Positions 61,048 to 64,000 of a DNA stretch of 64,000 nucleotides are shown piece after piece. The stretch's first letter is position 1, and each line of letters begins with the position of its first letter. This DNA is from Desulfatiglandales bacterium (lineage in GTDB: Bacteria; Desulfobacterota; DSM-4660; Desulfatiglandales; HGW-15). The stretch spans positions 2,208,001-2,272,000 of the forward strand of contig CAXXJJ010000004.1 of the NCBI GenBank assembly GCA_963667015.2, read 5' to 3'. The notes below the pieces were generated by a model that was not told the DNA's origin, made no database searches, and saw only the letters and a program-made list of their open reading frames with translations. The position numbers were made by a program, and so were the translations under genes.

Positions 61048-62532
61048 TTAATGTTCCGGTTTAATCTGCTTATCTTTGTCTCCGCCTTTCGGAACCTGCC
61101 ATTCACCGAAGAACGGCACTTCAAATACCGCATTCCTGTTGCTTTCTTCTTTTTTATATTTATCAGGATATGCACCCGGAAGAATAACATTCTGCGCAAT
61201 AAGCTGTTTTCTAAGGGCAGTAAAATCAACATCTCTTACATTTACGCCCTGTTTCAATGCAAGGGCTGCAGCTGTTCCGGCTGCCTCACCTATTGCTATA
61301 CAGTGCGGGATAAGATTAAAGAAGTTATTTGCTTCCTGGTCAGACGCAAATGCCCTGCAGCCTACCAGCATATTATCTATGCCCTTGGGCAGGAGGGTTC
61401 TGTAGGGTATAAATGTATGGGGAGAATTCAATGAGTATTCACCCCTGTCAAGATCAGGAAATACCGCTATTGTATCTTCAAAGGGTTCATTGCGTGAAAG
61501 GTCTTCCGATGTCAGCATATAATCGCCGTGTACCCTTCTGGCGCCCCTTGTCCCGAGCTGAGGTGAAGACAGGACTATAAAACTGTCTTCAAAACCCGGA
61601 ATATTCTTTTTAAAATAATCATAGGTAAGAAGCATCTTTTCACGGCCAAGCATTTCCACCCTTGTGAGTTCCTCAACATCGGTCTGGCTCTTGTTGGCAT
61701 ATCTTGGATGGATCCATACAACCTTTTCCTGATTTGGAAGGTTGCTTCTCATGAAACCCGGGTGCCCGCCCTGCTGCATCAGGTCCATCATCATTTCGCC
61801 CCACTTGTCCGGATATTCCCTTTTGAAGTCTTCGACCTTCACCAGGTTGACATTGTCAATCCAGTAGCAGAGTGAAAGGTTGGCAATCCTGATCCTGGGA
61901 TCAATGTCTGTATCAAAGGTAGCCCCTGCGTAAGGCAGAAGATCACCATCGCCGGTTGAATCAATAACGACCTTTGCCATTATGGCCTGTCGGCCGGACT
62001 TACTCTCAAAGATTACGCCCACGGGCTTGTTTCCATCCATTATGGGCATGGTACCCCAGGCATGCAGATATGTCTTTACACCTGCCTTGTTTACCATATC
62101 ATTTAATATACACTTACCGATCTCGGCATCAATAAGAGAAGAGTGGACAATGCGTCTCTCACGTACCCAGAAGAATGATCTTTCATTCCAGTATGTGACA
62201 AGTTTCGGATCATCGGATCCCCATATATCTTTAGGAGGATGAAATTCTGCATTTCTCTCTTCCAGTCTTTCGAGAAATTCCTGATTAATTCCAGCGATCT
62301 GCAGGTTTCCATCAAAGTCAGAGAGACACGGGATTATAGTTACCAAACCGCCAGTACTCATTCCGCCAAGATGACCATATCTTTCTATAAGGACGGTATC
62401 CGCTCCGTTACGAGCTGCAGCAAGCGCAGAACCGATTCCACCTGGACCACCGCCAACAACTACGACATCGCATTCACGGACGACATCGACTGTTTTGTTA
62501 GGTTCTGGTATTGTTCTGATAATATCTGCCAA
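61048..62532 (-). CDS. FAD-dependent oxidoreductase
   Basis: DVVVVGGGPGG, LGGMSTGGLV, IDSTGDGD, IPYRTLLP, GEAAGTAAALA; TTG start. Confidence 0.9.
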   Translation of the reverse strand: MADIIRTIPEPNKTVDVVRECDVVVVGGGPGGIGSALAAARNGADTVLIERYGHLGGMSTGGLVTIIPCLSDFDGNLQIAGINQEFLERLEERNAEFHPPKDIWGSDDPKLVTYWNERSFFWVRERRIVHSSLIDAEIGKCILNDMVNKAGVKTYLHAWGTMPIMDGNKPVGVIFESKSGRQAIMAKVVIDSTGDGDLLPYAGATFDTDIDPRIRIANLSLCYWIDNVNLVKVEDFKREYPDKWGEMMMDLMQQGGHPGFMRSNLPNQEKVVWIHPRYANKSQTDVEELTRVEMLGREKMLLTYDYFKKNIPGFEDSFIVLSSPQLGTRGARRVHGDYMLTSEDLSRNEPFEDTIAVFPDLDRGEYSLNSPHTFIPYRTLLPKGIDNMLVGCRAFASDQEANNFFNLIPHCIAIGEAAGTAAALALKQGVNVRDVDFTALRKQLIAQNVILPGAYPDKYKKEESNRNAVFEVPFFGEWQVPKGGDKDKQIKPEH

Positions 62533-63045
62533 TTTTCAATATCCTTTCTTTTGATTATTTTACGTTTAAGTACCTTAATAAACTGATTATTTTAGGATTT
62601 ATAACTATGCTTGATTATTCGGAAAAAGTCAACTTAGTTTTTCCTTGAAAACTAAAATGTAAACCCTGATAAATTTCAAACCACAAATTAATTAATCTAA
62701 CCTATAAGATAATTCAGGGTAGAGCTAAAATCAATATTATCGATGGAATAAGCAGGGTTCTGAGGTTTCTGGAGGGGGCTTTCGGGCAGACATTCTAAAA
62801 ACAGGCACCCTCATATTTTCTGAACCGGCATATTCTTCACCGGCAATTGCCCCCTGATTGAGATTCCAAGATTAACACCAATATGTTTACAGATCAAATT
62901 ATTTCAGGAAAAGAAAAAAGATTAAAGTCATACAAAGAGACGACCGATATTACTTCAAGATTAACACATTCTTGCATCATACTTAAATCAAGTAAAATTT
63001 TTAAAACATCGAGCATCAACTCAAATTTAGGGATATAATTAGGTT

Positions 63046-64000
63046 ATGTCAGAAAATTCAAATTCGTTTCCAGATATTAAAGATGTATTAAACAGTTACG
63101 ACTCAAATCAACAGGTTGAAATCGCAGCTCAACTGTTCCTTGAATACTGTATTTACCAGGATCACTGCGAGAATACGAGGCGTCTCGCCCCTCTTATAAA
63201 CACCGTCGCAGAGGCATTGACAAAGAATCTGAAGAATGAAGACAGCCTGAAACAGGGGATCAGGGCCGTACAGTTGTACCTCCAGACACCCCCTGTTGAA
63301 TATTATGGAGAGACACTGGTCAGACTTTCTTTTCTTGACAGGCAGTCGGTTGATGAGATGCTGCAGATAAAACCGGATAATAAGGTTTTAGGTACATTTC
63401 TTATGGAGCAGGGCCTGATTACACAGGAACAAAGGGACATTGCAGTAATAGCTCAAAAACGACTGTTTACTGTTCAGGAAATCCATACCCGAATTGTCGA
63501 CCCCAGCCAGAAAGAGGAAGAGGCACAGATAATTGACAGCCTAAAGGGTATTTTCCAGCATTTCATGACATCAACCTCTGAACTGGAGGATGATCTTAAC
63601 CAATCCAATATAGACAGCATTCCAAATGCCTTACAGCGGCTGGAAAATATAATCAGCGAAACCGAAAAACAGACAAACACAGTTCTTGAAATTGTTGACA
63701 CTCTTTTTGACCTTGAGGAGGGAATAAAGACAAGTCTTCTGCAGATAAAAGAAAACAGTGATTCTTCAAACAATCTGATCACCGAAAACATTGAAATTAT
63801 CATGGATAAACTTGATTTTCTCAACAGATTAAGCCTTGACCTGAACAGTACACAACAGATACAGGACAGGACCGGGCAGCAGCTCCTTAAGATAATTCCG
63901 ACTATCCAGACATTTCAGAACCAGATAACCAAAATTGCCCAGAAACTGAATCTTAACTGGCAGACTGAAAAAGCTGACGAAAGCATGAATGGTTATGAAG
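63046..64000 (+). CDS. CheZ-like phosphatase with N-terminal MshEN-like motifs (runs off window end)
   Basis: Not in the ORF track. Open from ATG 63046 to the end. VLGTFLMEQGLITQEQRDIAVIAQ; IPNALQRLENIISETEKQTNTVLEIVD; QIQDRTGQQLLKII. Confidence 0.75.
   Translation, partial: MSENSNSFPDIKDVLNSYDSNQQVEIAAQLFLEYCIYQDHCENTRRLAPLINTVAEALTKNLKNEDSLKQGIRAVQLYLQTPPVEYYGETLVRLSFLDRQSVDEMLQIKPDNKVLGTFLMEQGLITQEQRDIAVIAQKRLFTVQEIHTRIVDPSQKEEEAQIIDSLKGIFQHFMTSTSELEDDLNQSNIDSIPNALQRLENIISETEKQTNTVLEIVDTLFDLEEGIKTSLLQIKENSDSSNNLITENIEIIMDKLDFLNRLSLDLNSTQQIQDRTGQQLLKIIPTIQTFQNQITKIAQKLNLNWQTEKADESMNGYE

Noticed and set aside
63474..63824. Minus-strand 116-aa ORF in the track
   Set aside because: Shadow of the plus-strand CheZ-like gene starting at 63046

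Overview
Chromosomal window from a roughly 40%-GC anaerobe, inferred to be Desulfobacterota (deltaproteobacteria-type) from the pilin, S1 paralog and other housekeeping genes. In order: (1) 1-10.4 kb, a minus-strand type II secretion operon (unknown secreted protein, gspE-F-G-H-I-J-K-L-M-C-D; gspD truncated by the window edge). (2) 11.7-17.7 kb, an orphan ParA locus with a giant acidic-repeat/FGE-domain protein and two uncharacterised partners. (3) 19-35.7 kb, an AT-rich Wzm/Wzt surface-polysaccharide island with VioA, MaoC hydratase, CitE-like lyase and acyltransferase genes, GT2s, an AglQ-like gene and TagD/TagF-like genes. It is flanked by VapBC toxin-antitoxin pairs and carries several frame-breaking lesions. 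(4) 37-44.9 kb, a convergent operon with a GT-C enzyme, a type IV pilin, GTs, a radical SAM enzyme and a methyltransferase. (5) 45-64 kb, housekeeping genes (ispB-like, rimO, tRNA nucleotidyltransferase, fbp, S1) interspersed with a eukaryote-like PFK-2/FBPase-2, a cNMP-domain Ser/Thr kinase, a PPP phosphatase, a cNMP-binding protein and an MshEN-like/CheZ fusion missing from the ORF track. No rRNA, tRNA, CRISPR array, integrase or transposase was seen. All family calls come from motif recognition by eye; no searches were run.
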